Below, piece by piece: positions 30,231-45,500 of a DNA stretch of 64,000 nucleotides; position 1 is the first letter of the stretch, and every line of letters begins with the position of its first letter. The DNA comes from Eledone cirrhosa. Its lineage: Eukaryota. The notes beneath the pieces were generated by a model. It saw only the letters and a list, made by a program, of their open reading frames with translations, ran no database searches and was not told where the DNA came from. Made by a program: the position numbers and the translations under genes. The stretch spans positions 1,860,001-1,924,000 of the forward strand of contig OZ024759.1 in NCBI GenBank assembly GCA_964016885.1, in the 5' to 3' direction.

Positions 30231-33200
30231 CTATATTAGTAACATGACAAAGTCTATATTAGTAACATGACACAGTCTATATTAGTAACATGACACAGTC
30301 TATATTAGTAACATGAGACAGTCTATATTAGTAGCATGACAAAGTCTATATTAGTAACATGACACAGTCTACATTAGTAACATGACAAAGTCTATATTAG
30401 TAACATGACACAGTCTATATTAGTAACATGAGACAGTCTATATTAGTAACATGACAAAGTCTATATTAGTAACATGACACAGTCTATATTAGTAACATGA
30501 CACAGTCTATATTAGTAACATGACAAAGTCTATATTAGTAACATGACAAAGTCTATATTAGTAACATGACAAAGTCTATATTAGTAACATGACACAGTCT
30601 ATACTAGTAACATGACACAGTCTATATTAGTAACATGACAAAGTCTATATTAGTAACATGACAAAGTCTATATTAGTAACATGACAAAGTCTATATTAGT
30701 AACATGACAAAGTCTATATTAGTAGCATGACACAGTCTATATTAGCAACATGACAAAGTCTATATTAGTAACATGACACAGTCTATATTAGTAGCATGAC
30801 AAAGTCTGTATTAGTAACATGACAAAGTCTATATTAGTAACATGACAAAGTCTATATTAGTAACATGACAAAGTCTATATTAGTAACATGACACAGTCTA
30901 TATTAGTAACATGACAAAGTCTATATTAGTAGCATGACAAAGTCTATATTAGTAACATGACAAAGTCTATATTAGTAACATGACAAAGTCTATATTAGTC
31001 ACATGACAAAGTCTATATTAGTGACATGACAAAGTCGATATTAGTAACATGACAAAGTCTATATTAGTAACATGACACAGTATATATTAGTAACATGACA
31101 GTCTATATTAGTAACATGACAGTCTACATTAGTAACATGACACAGTCTATATTAGTAACATGACAAAGTCGATATTAGTAACATGACAATGTCTATATTA
31201 GTAACATGACAAAGTCTATATTAGTAACATGACAGTCTATATTACTAACATGACACAGTCTATATTAGTAACATGACACAGTCTATATTAGTAGCATGAC
31301 ACAGTCTATATTAGTAACATGATACAGTCTATATTAGTAACATGACAAAGTCTATATTAGTAACATGACACAGTCTATATTAGTAACATGACACAGTCTA
31401 TATTAGTAGCATGACACAGTCTATATTAGTAACATGATACAGTCTATATTAGTAACATGACAAAGTCTATATTAGTAACATGACAAAGTCTATATTAGTA
31501 AAATGACAAAGTCTATATTAGTAACATGACAAAGTCTTTATTAGTAACATGACACAGTCTATATTAGTAACATGACAAAGTCTACATTAGTAACATGACA
31601 AAGTCTATATTAGTAACATGACAAGGTCTATATTAGTAACATGACACAGTCTATATTAGTAGCATGACACAGTCTATATTAGTAACATGATACAGTCTAT
31701 ATTAGTAGCATGACAAAGTCTATATTAGTAACATGACACAGTCTATATTAGTAACATGACAGTCTATATTAGTAACATGACAGTCTACATTAGTAACATG
31801 ACACAGTCTATATTAGTAACATGACAAAGTCGATATTAGTAACATGACAATGTCTATATTAGTAACATGACAAAGTCTATATTAGTAACATGACACAGTC
31901 TATATTACTAACATGACACAGTCTATATTAGTAACATGACAAAGTCTATATTAGTAACATGACAAAGTCTATGTTAGTAACATGACACAGTCTATATTAG
32001 TAACATGACACAGTCTATATTAGTAACATGACAAAGTCTATATTAGTAGCATGACAAAGTCTATATTAGTAACATGACACAGTCTATATTAGTAACATGA
32101 CAATGTCTATATTAGTAACATGACAAAGTCTATATTAGTAACATGACACAGTCTATATTACTAACATGACACAGTCTATATTAGTAACATGACAAAGTCT
32201 ATATTAGTAACATGACAAAGTCTATATTAGTAACATGACAAAGTCTATATTAGTAACATGACACAGTATATATTAGTAACATGACACAGTCTATATTAGT
32301 AGCATGACACAGTCTATATTAGTAACATGATACAGTCTATATTAGTAACATGACAAAGTCTATATTAGTAATATGACAAAGTCTATATTAGTAAAATGAC
32401 AAAGTCTATATTAGTAACATGACAAAGTCTTTATTAGTAACATGACACAGTCTATATTAGTAACATGACGAAGTCTATATTAGTAACATGACACAGTCTA
32501 TATTAGTAACATGAAAAAGTCTATATTAGTAACATGACAAAGTCTATATTAGTAACATGACAAAGTCTATATTAGTAACATGACACAGTCTATATTAGTA
32601 GCATGACACAGTCTATATTAGCAACATGACAAAGTCTATATTAGTAACATGACACAGTCTATATTAGTAACATGACACAGTCTATATTAGTAACATGACA
32701 CAGTCTATATTAGTAACATGACAAAGTCTACATTAGTAACATGACAAAGTCTATATTAGTAACATGACAAGGTCTATATTAGTAACATGACACAGTCTAT
32801 ATTAGTAGCATGACACAGTCTATATTAGTAACATGATACAGTCTATATTAGTAACATGACAAAGTCTATATTAGTAACATGACACAGTCTATATTAGTAA
32901 CATGACAGTCTATATTAGTAACATGACAGTCTACATTAGTAACATGACACAGTCTATATTAGTAACATGACAAAGTCGATATTAGTAACATGACAATGTC
33001 TATATTAGTAACATGACAAAGTCTATATTAGTAACATGACACAGTCTATATTACTAACATGACACAGTCGATATTAGTAACATGACAAAGTCTATATTAG
33101 TAACATGACAAAGTCTATATTAGTAACATGACAAAGTCTATATTAGTAACATGACACAGTCTATATTAGTAACATGACACAGTCTATATTAGTAGCATGA

Positions 33201-33474
33201 CACAGTCTATATTAGTAACATGATACAGTCTATATTAGTAACATGACAAAGTCTATATTAGTAACATGACAAAGTCTATATTAGTAAAATGACAAAGTCT
33301 ATATTAGTAACATGACAAAGTCTTTATTAGTAACATGACACAGTCTATATTAGTAACATGACAAAGTCTACATTAGTAACATGACAAAGTCTATATTAGT
33401 AACATGACAAGGTCTATATTAGTAACATGACACAGTCTATATTAGTAGCATGACACAGTCTATATTAGTAACAT

Positions 33475-36400
33475 GATACAGTCTATATTAGTAGCATGAC
33501 AAAGTCTATATTAGTAACATGACACAGTCTATATTAGTAACATGACAGTCTATATTAGTAACATGACAGTCTACATTAGTAACATGACACAGTCTATATT
33601 AGTAACATGACAAAGTCGATATTAGTAACATGACAATGTCTATATTAGTAACATGACAAAGTCTATATTAGTAACATGACACAGTCTATATTACTAACAT
33701 GACACAGTCTATATTAGTAACATGACAAAGTCTATATTAGTAACATGACAAAGTCTATGTTAGTAACATGACACAGTCTATATTAGTAACATGACACAGT
33801 CTATATTAGTAACATGACACAGTCTATATTAGTAGCATGACACAGTCTATATTAGTAACATGATACAGTCTATATTAGTAACATGACAAAGTCTATATTA
33901 GTAATATGACAAAGTCTATATTAGTAAAATGACAAAGTCTATATTAGTAACATGACAAAGTCTTTATTAGTAACATGACACAGTCTATATTAGTAACATG
34001 ACAAAGTCTATATTAGTAACATGACAAAGTCTATATTAGTAACATGACAAAGTCTATATTAGTAACATGACACAGTCTATATTAGTAACATGACAATGTC
34101 TATATTAGTAACATGACAAAGTCTATATTAGTAACATGACACAGTCTATATTACTAACATGACACAGTCTATATTAGTAACATGACAAAGTCTATATTAG
34201 TAACATGACAAAGTCTATATTAGTAACATGACAAAGTCTATATTAGTAACATGACACAGTATATATTAGTAACATGACACAGTCTATATTAGTAGCATGA
34301 CACAGTCTATATTAGTAACATGATACAGTCTATATTAGTAACATGACAAAGTCTATATTAGTAATATGACAAAGTCTATATTAGTAAAATGACAAAGTCT
34401 ATATTAGTAACATGACAAAGTCTTTATTAGTAACATGACACAGTCTATATTAGTAACATGACGAAGTCTATATTAGTAACATGACACAGTCTATATTAGT
34501 AACATGACACAGTCTATATTAGTAACATGAAAAAGTCTATATTAGTAACATGACAAAGTCTATATTAGTAACATGACAAAGTCTATATTAGTAACATGAC
34601 ACAGTCTATATTAGTAGCATGACACAGTCTATATTAGCAACATGACAAAGTCTATATTAGTAACATGACACAGTCTATATTAGTAACATGACACAGTCTA
34701 TATTAGTAACATGACACAGTCTATATTAGTAACATGACAAAGTCTACATTAGTAACATGACAAAGTCTATATTAGTAACATGACAAGGTCTATATTAGTA
34801 ACATGACACAGTCTATATTAGTAGCATGACACAGTCTATATTAGTAACATGATACAGTCTATATTAGTAACATGACAAAGTCTATATTAGTAACATGACA
34901 CAGTCTATATTAGTAACATGACAGTCTATATTAGTAACATGACAGTCTACATTAGTAACATGACACAGTCTATATTAGTAACATGACAAAGTCGATATTA
35001 GTAACATGACAATGTCTATATTAGTAACATGACAAAGTCTATATTAGTAACATGACACAGTCTATATTACTAACATGACACAGTCGATATTAGTAACATG
35101 ACAAAGTCTATATTAGTAACATGACAAAGTCTATATTAGTAACATGACAAAGTCTATATTAGTAACATGACACAGTCTATATTAGTAACATGACACAGTC
35201 TATATTAGTAGCATGACACAGTCTATATTAGTAACATGATACAGTCTATATTAGTAACATGACAAAGTCTATATTAGTAATATGACAAAGTCTATATTAG
35301 TAAAATGACAAAGTCTATATTAGTAACATGACAAAGTCTTTATTAGTAACATGACACAGTCTATATTAGTAACATGACACAGTCTATATTAGTAACATGA
35401 CAAAGTCTATATTAGTAACATGACAAAGTCTATATTAGTAACATGACACAGTCTATATTAGTAACATGACACAGTCTATATTAGTAACATGACAAAGTCT
35501 ATATTAGTAACATGACAAAGTCTATATTAGTAACATGACACAGTCTATATTAGTAACATGACACAGTCTATATTAGTAACATGAGACAGTCTATATTAGT
35601 AGCATGACAAAGTCTATATTAGTAACATGACACAGTCTACATTAGTAACATGACAAAGTCTATATTAGTAACATGACACAGTCTATATTAGTAACATGAG
35701 ACAGTCTATATTAGTAACATGACAAAGTCTATATTAGTAACATGACACAGTCTATATTAGTAACATGACACAGTCTATATTAGTAACATGACAAAGTCTA
35801 CATTAGTAACATGACAAAGTCTATATTAGTAACATGACAAAGTCTATATTAGTAACATGACACAGTCTATACTAGTAACATGACACAGTCTATATTAGTA
35901 ACATGACAAAGTCTATATTAGTAACATGACAAAGTCTATATTAGTAACATGACAAAGTCTATATTAGTAACATGACAAAGTCTATATTAGTAGCATGACA
36001 CAGTCTATATTAGCAACATGACAAAGTCTATATTAGTAACATGACACAGTCTATATTAGTAGCATGACAAAGTCTGTATTAGTAACATGACAAAGTCTAT
36101 ATTAGTAACATGACAAAGTCTATATTAGTAACATGACAAAGTCTATATTAGTAACATGACACAGTCTATATTAGTAACATGACAAAGTCTATATTAGTAG
36201 CATGACAAAGTCTATATTAGTAACATGACAAAGTCTATATTAGTAACATGACAAAGTCTATATTAGTAACATGACAAAGTCTATATTAGTGACATGACAA
36301 AGTCGATATTAGTAACATGACAAAGTCTATATTAGTAACATGACACAGTATATATTAGTAACATGACAGTCTATATTACTAACATGACAGTCTACATTAG

Positions 36401-39400
36401 TAACATGACACAGTCTATATTAGTAACATGACAAAGTCGATATTAGTAACATGACAATGTCTATATTAGTAACATGACAAAGTCTATATTAGTAACATGA
36501 TACAGTCTATATTAGTAGCATGACAAAGTCTATATTAGTAACATGACACAGTCTATATTAGTAACATGACAGTCTATATTAGTAACATGACAGTCTACAT
36601 TAGTAACATGACACAGTCTATATTAGTAACATGACAAAGTCGATATTAGTAACATGACAATGTCTATATTAGTAACATGACAAAGTCTATATTAGTAACA
36701 TGACACAGTCTATATTACTAACATGACACAGTCTATATTAGTAACATGACAAAGTCTATATTAGTAACATGACAAAGTCTATGTTAGTAACATGACACAG
36801 TCTATATTAGTAACATGACACAGTCTATATTAGTAACATGACACAGTCTATATTAGTAGCATGACACAGTCTATATTAGTAACATGATACAGTCTATATT
36901 AGTAACATGACAAAGTCTATATTAGTAATATGACAAAGTCTATATTAGTAAAATGACAAAGTCTATATTAGTAACATGACAAAGTCTTTATTAGTAACAT
37001 GACACAGTCTATATTAGTAACATGACAAAGTCTATATTAGTAACATGACAAAGTCTATATTAGTAACATGACAAAGTCTATATTAGTAACATGACACAGT
37101 CTATATTAGTAACATGACAATGTCTATATTAGTAACATGACAAAGTCTATATTAGTAACATGACACAGTCTATATTACTAACATGACACAGTCTATATTA
37201 GTAACATGACAAAGTCTATATTAGTAACATGACAAAGTCTATATTAGTAACATGACAAAGTCTATATTAGTAACATGACACAGTATATATTAGTAACATG
37301 ACACAGTCTATATTAGTAGCATGACACAGTCTATATTAGTAACATGATACAGTCTATATTAGTAACATGACAAAGTCTATATTAGTAATATGACAAAGTC
37401 TATATTAGTAAAATGACAAAGTCTATATTAGTAACATGACAAAGTCTTTATTAGTAACATGACACAGTCTATATTAGTAACATGACGAAGTCTATATTAG
37501 TAACATGACACAGTCTATATTAGTAACATGACACAGTCTATATTAGTAACATGAAAAAGTCTATATTAGTAACATGACAAAGTCTATATTAGTAACATGA
37601 CAAAGTCTATATTAGTAACATGACACAGTCTATATTAGTAGCATGACACAGTCTATATTAGCAACATGACAAAGTCTATATTAGTAACATGACACAGTCT
37701 ATATTAGTAACATGACACAGTCTATATTAGTAACATGACACAGTCTATATTAGTAACATGACAAAGTCTACATTAGTAACATGACAAAGTCTATATTAGT
37801 AACATGACAAGGTCTATATTAGTAACATGACACAGTCTATATTAGTAGCATGACACAGTCTATATTAGTAACATGATACAGTCTATATTAGTAACATGAC
37901 AAAGTCTATATTAGTAACATGACACAGTCTATATTAGTAACATGACAGTCTATATTAGTAACATGACAGTCTACATTAGTAACATGACACAGTCTATATT
38001 AGTAACATGACAAAGTCGATATTAGTAACATGACAATGTCTATATTAGTAACATGACAAAGTCTATATTAGTAACATGACACAGTCTATATTACTAACAT
38101 GACACAGTCGATATTAGTAACATGACAAAGTCTATATTAGTAACATGACAAAGTCTATATTAGTAACATGACAAAGTCTATATTAGTAACATGACACAGT
38201 CTATATTAGTAACATGACACAGTCTATATTAGTAGCATGACACAGTCTATATTAGTAACATGATACAGTCTATATTAGTAACATGACAAAGTCTATATTA
38301 GTAATATGACAAAGTCTATATTAGTAAAATGACAAAGTCTATATTAGTAACATGACAAAGTCTTTATTAGTAACATGACACAGTCTATATTAGTAACATG
38401 ACACAGTCTATATTAGTAACATGACAAAGTCTATATTAGTAACATGACAAAGTCTATATTAGTAACATGACACAGTCTATATTAGTAACATGACACAGTC
38501 TATATTAGTAACATGACAAAGTCTATATTAGTAACATGACAAAGTCTATATTAGTAACATGACACAGTCTATATTAGTAACATGACACAGTCTATATTAG
38601 TAACATGAGACAGTCTATATTAGTAGCATGACAAAGTCTATATTAGTAACATGACACAGTCTACATTAGTAACATGACAAAGTCTATATTAGTAACATGA
38701 CACAGTCTATATTAGTAACATGAGACAGTCTATATTAGTAACATGACAAAGTCTATATTAGTAACATGACACAGTCTATATTAGTAACATGACACAGTCT
38801 ATATTAGTAACATGACAAAGTCTACATTAGTAACATGACAAAGTCTATATTAGTAACATGACAAAGTCTATATTAGTAACATGACACAGTCTATACTAGT
38901 AACATGACACAGTCTATATTAGTAACATGACAAAGTCTATATTAGTAACATGACAAAGTCTATATTAGTAACATGACAAAGTCTATATTAGTAACATGAC
39001 AAAGTCTATATTAGTAGCATGACACAGTCTATATTAGCAACATGACAAAGTCTATATTAGTAACATGACACAGTCTATATTAGTAGCATGACAAAGTCTG
39101 TATTAGTAACATGACAAAGTCTATATTAGTAACATGACAAAGTCTATATTAGTAACATGACAAAGTCTATATTAGTAACATGACACAGTCTATATTAGTA
39201 ACATGACAAAGTCTATATTAGTAGCATGACAAAGTCTATATTAGTAACATGACAAAGTCTATATTAGTAACATGACAAAGTCTATATTAGTAACATGACA
39301 AAGTCTATATTAGTGACATGACAAAGTCGATATTAGTAACATGACAAAGTCTATATTAGTAACATGACACAGTATATATTAGTAACATGACAGTCTATAT

Positions 39401-39500
39401 TACTAACATGACAGTCTACATTAGTAACATGACACAGTCTATATTAGTAACATGACAAAGTCGATATTAGTAACATGACAATGTCTATATTAGTAACATG
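33475..39500. repeat. Tandem duplication of a 3024-bp block
   Basis: Markers at offset 3024: gataca..tagtagc 33475/36499, gacgaa 34460/37484, ACTAGT 35871/38895, 21-mer+actaa 36378/39402. Confidence 0.9.
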
Positions 39501-42500
39501 ACAAAGACTATCTTAGTAACATGACACAGTCTATATTACTAACATGACACAGTCTATATTAGTAACATGACACAGTCTATATTAGTAGCATGACACAGTC
39601 TATATTAGTAACATGATACAGTCTATATTAGTAACATGACAAAGTCTATATTAGTAACATGACACAGTCTATATTAGTAACATGACACAGTCTATATTAG
39701 TAGCATGACACAGTCTATATTAGTAACATGATACAGTCTATATTAGTAACATGACAAAGTCTATATTAGTAACATGACAAAGTCTATATTAGTAAAATGA
39801 CAAAGTCTATATTAGTAACATGACAAAGTCTTTATTAGTAACATGACACAGTCTATATTAGTAACATGACAAAGTCTACATTAGTAACATGACAAAGTCT
39901 ATATTAGTAACATGACAAGGTCTATATTAGTAACATGACACAGTCTATATTAGTAGCATGACACAGTCTATATTAGTAACATGATACAGTCTATATTAGT
40001 AACATGACAAAGTCTATATTAGTAACATGACACAGTCTATATTAGTAACATGACAGTCTATATTAGTAACATGACAGTCTACATTAGTAACATGACACAG
40101 TCTATATTAGTAACATGACAAAGTCGATATTAGTAACATGACAATGTCTATATTAGTAACATGACAAAGTCTATATTAGTAACATGACACAGTCTATATT
40201 ACTAACATGACACAGTCTATATTAGTAACATGACAAAGTCTATATTAGTAACATGACAGTCTATATTAGTAACATGACAGTCTACATTAGTAACATGACA
40301 CAGTCTATATTAGTAACATGACAAAGTCGATATTAGTAACATGACAATGTCTATATTAGTAACATGACAAAGTCTATATTAGTAACATGACACAGTCTAT
40401 ATTACTAACATGACACAGTCTATATTAGTAACATGACAAAGTCTATATTAGTAACATGACAAAGTCTATATTAGTAACATGACAAAGTCTATATTAGTAA
40501 CATGACAAGTCTATATTAGTAACATGACACAGTCTATATTACTAGCATGACACAGTCTATATTAGTAACATGATACAGTCTATATTAGTAACATGACAAA
40601 GTCTATATTAGTAATATGACAAAGTCTATATTAGTAAAATGATCAATTCTATATTAGTAACATGACAAAGTCTTTATTAGTAACATGACACAGTCTATAT
40701 TAGTAACATGACACAGTCTATATTAGTAACATGACAAAGTCTATATTAGTAACATGACAAAGTCTATATTAGTAACATGACACAGTCTATATTAGTAACA
40801 TGACACAGTCTATATTAGTAACATGACAAAGTCTATATTAGTAACATGACAAAGTCTATATTAGTAACATGACACAGTCTATATTAGTAACATGACACAG
40901 TCTATATTAGTAACATGAGACAGTCTATATTAGTAGCATGACAAAGTCTATATTAGTAACATGACACAGTCTACATTAGTAACATGACAAAGTCTATATT
41001 AGTAACATGACACAGTCTATATTAGTAACATGAGACAGTCTATATTAGTAACATGACTAAGTCTATATTAGTAACATGACACAGTCTATATTAGTAACAT
41101 GACACAGTCTATATTAGTAACATGACACAGTATATATTAGTTACATGACAAAGTCTATATTAGTAACATGACAAAGTCTATATTAGTAACATGACACAGT
41201 CTATATTAGTAACATGATGAAGTCTATATTAGTAACATGACACAGTCTATATTAGTAACATGACACAGTCTATATTAGTAACATGAAAAAGTCTATATTA
41301 GTAACATGACAAAGTCTATATTAGTAACATGACAAAGTCTATATTAGTAACATGACAAAGTCTATATTAGTAGCATGACACAGTCTATATTAGCAACATG
41401 ACAAAGTCTATATTAGTAACATGACACAGTCTATATTAGTAACATGACACAGTCTATATTAGTAACATGACACAGTCTATATTAGTAACATGACAAAGTC
41501 TACATTAGTAACATGACAAAGTCTATATTAGTAACATGACAAGGTCTATATTAGTAACATGACACAGTCTATATTAGTAGCATGACACAGTCTATATTAG
41601 TAACATGATACAGTCTATATTAGTAACATGACAAAGTCTATATTAGTAACATGACACAGTCTATATTAGTAACATGACAGTCTATATTAGTAACATGACA
41701 GTCTACATTAGTAACATGACACAGTCTATATTAGTAACATGACAAAGTCGATATTAGTAACATGACAATGTCTATATTAGTAACATGACAAAGTCTATAT
41801 TAGTAACATGACACAGTCTATATTACTAACATGACACAGTCTATATTAGTAACATGACAAAGTCTATATTAGTAACATGACAAAGTCTATATTAGTAACA
41901 TGACAAAGTCTATATTAGTAACATGACACAGTCTATATTAGTAACATGACACAGTCTATATTAGTAGCATGACACAGTCTATATTAGTAACATGATACAG
42001 TCTATATTAGTAACATGACAAAGTCTATATTAGTAATATGACAAAGTCTATATTAGTAAAATGACAAAGTCTATATTAGTAACATGACAAAGTCTTTATT
42101 AGTAACATGACACAGTCTATATTAGTAACATGACACAGTCTATATTAGTAACATGACAAAGTCTATATTAGTAACATGACAAAGTCTATATTAGTAACAT
42201 GACACAGTCTATATTAGTAACATGACACAGTCTATATTAGTAACATGACAAAGTCTATATTAGTAACATGACAAAGTCTATATTAGTAACATGACACAGT
42301 CTATATTAGTAACATGACACAGTCTATATTAGTAACATGAGACAGTCTATATTAGTAGCATGACAAAGTCTATATTAGTAACATGACACAGTCTACATTA
42401 GTAACATGACAAAGTCTATATTAGTAACATGACACAGTCTATATTAGTAACATGAGACAGTCTATATTAGTAACATGACAAAGTCTATATTAATAACATG

Positions 42501-45500
42501 ACACAGTCTATATTAGTAACATGACACAGTCTATATTAGTAACATGACAAAGTCTATATTAGTAACATGACAAAGTCTATATTAGTAACATGACAAAGTC
42601 TATATTAGTAACATGACACAGTCTATACTAGTAACATGACACAGTCTATATTAGTAACATGACAAAGTCTATATTAGTAACATGACAAAGTCTATATTAG
42701 TAACATGACAAAGTCTATATTAGTAACATGACAAAGTCTATATTAGTAGCATGACACAGTCTATATTAGCAACATGACAAGGTCTATATTAGTAACATGA
42801 CACAGTCTATATTAGTAGCATGACAAAGTCTGTATTAGTAACATGACAAAGTCTATATTAGTAACATGACAAAGTCTATATTAGTAACATGACAAAGTCT
42901 ATATTAGTAACATGACACAGTCTATATTAGTAACATGACAAAGTCTATATTAGTAGCATGACAAAGTCTATATTAGTAACATGACAAAGTCTATATTAGT
43001 AACATGACAAAGTCTATATTAGTAACATGACAAAGTCTATATTAGTGACATGACAAAGTCGATATTAGTAACATGACAAAGTCTATATTAGTAACATGAC
43101 AAAGTCGATATTAGTAACATGACAATGTCTATATTAGTAACATGACAAAGTCTATCTTAGTAACATGACACAGTCTATATTACTAACATGACACAGTCTA
43201 TATTAGTAACATGACACAGTCTATATTAGTAGCATGACACAGTCTATATTAGTAACATGATACAGTCTATATTAGTAACATGACAAAGTCTATATTAGTA
43301 ACATGACACAGTCTATATTAGTAACATGACACAGTCTATATTAGTAGCATGACACAGTCTATATTAGTAACATGATACAGTCTATATTAGTAACATGACA
43401 AAGTCTATATTAGTAACATGACAAAGTCTATATTAGTAAAATGACAAAGTCTATATTAGTAACATGACAAAGTCTTTATTAGTAACATGACACAGTCTAT
43501 ATTAGTAACATGACAAAGTCTACATTAGTAACATGACAAAGTCTATATTAGTAACATGACAAGGTCTATATTAGTAACATGACACAGTCTATATTAGTAG
43601 CATGACACAGTCTATATTAGTAACATGATACAGTCTATATTAGTAACATGACAAAGTCTATATTAGTAACATGACACAGTCTATATTAGTAACATGACAG
43701 TCTATATTAGTAACATGACAGTCTACATTAGTAACATGACACAGTCTATATTAGTAACATGACAAAGTCGATATTAGTAACATGACAATGTCTATATTAG
43801 TAACATGACAAAGTCTATATTAGTAACATGACACAGTCTATATTACTAACATGACACAGTCTATATTAGTAACATGACAAAGTCTATATTAGTAACATGA
43901 CAGTCTATATTAGTAACATGACAGTCTACATTAGTAACATGACACAGTCTATATTAGTAACATGACAAAGTCGATATTAGTAACATGACAATGTCTATAT
44001 TAGTAACATGACAAAGTCTATATTAGTAACATGACACAGTCTATATTACTAACATGACACAGTCTATATTAGTAACATGACAAAGTCTATATTAGTAACA
44101 TGACAAAGTCTATATTAGTAACATGACAAAGTCTATATTAGTAACATGACAAGTCTATATTAGTAACATGACACAGTCTATATTAGTAGCATGACACAGT
44201 CTATATTAGTAACATGATACAGTCTATATTAGTAACATGACAAAGTCTATATTAGTAATATGACAAAGTCTATATTAGTAAAATGACAAAGTCTATATTA
44301 GTAACATGACAAAGTCTTTATTAGTAACATGACACAGTCTATATTAGTAACATGACACAGTCTATATTAGTAACATGACAAAGTCTATATTAGTAACATG
44401 ACAAAGTCTATATTAGTAACATGACACAGTCTATATTAGTAACATGACACAGTCTATATTAGTAACATGACAAAGTCTATATTAGTAACATGACAAAGTC
44501 TATATTAGTAACATGACACAGTCTATATTAGTAACATGACACAGTCTATATTAGTAACATGAGACAGTCTATATTAGTAGCATGACAAAGTCTATATTAG
44601 TAACATGACACAGTCTACATTAGTAACATGACAAAGTCTATATTAGTAACATGACACAGTCTATATTAGTAACATGAGACAGTCTATATTAGTAACATGA
44701 CTAAGTCTATATTAGTAACATGACACAGTCTATATTAGTAACATGACACAGTCTATATTAGTAACATGACACAGTATATATTAGTTACATGACAAAGTCT
44801 ATATTAGTAACATGACAAAGTCTATATTAGTAACATGACACAGTCTATATTAGTAACATGATGAAGTCTATATTAGTAACATGACACAGTCTATATTAGT
44901 AACATGACACAGTCTATATTAGTAACATGAAAAAGTCTATATTAGTAACATGACAAAGTCTATATTAGTAACATGACAAAGTCTATATTAGTAACATGAC
45001 AAAGTCTATATTAGTAGCATGACACAGTCTATATTAGCAACATGACAAAGTCTATATTAGTAACATGACACAGTCTATATTAGTAACATGACACAGTCTA
45101 TATTAGTAACATGACACAGTCTATATTAGTAACATGACAAAGTCTACATTAGTAACATGACAAAGTCTATATTAGTAACATGACAAGGTCTATATTAGTA
45201 ACATGACACAGTCTATATTAGTAGCATGACACAGTCTATATTAGTAACATGATACAGTCTATATTAGTAACATGACAAAGTCTATATTAGTAACATGACA
45301 CAGTCTATATTAGTAACATGACAGTCTATATTAGTAACATGACAGTCTACATTAGTAACATGACACAGTCTATATTAGTAACATGACAAAGTCGATATTA
45401 GTAACATGACAATGTCTATATTAGTAACATGACAAAGTCTATATTAGTAACATGACACAGTCTATATTAGTAACATGACAAAGTCTATATTAGTAACATG

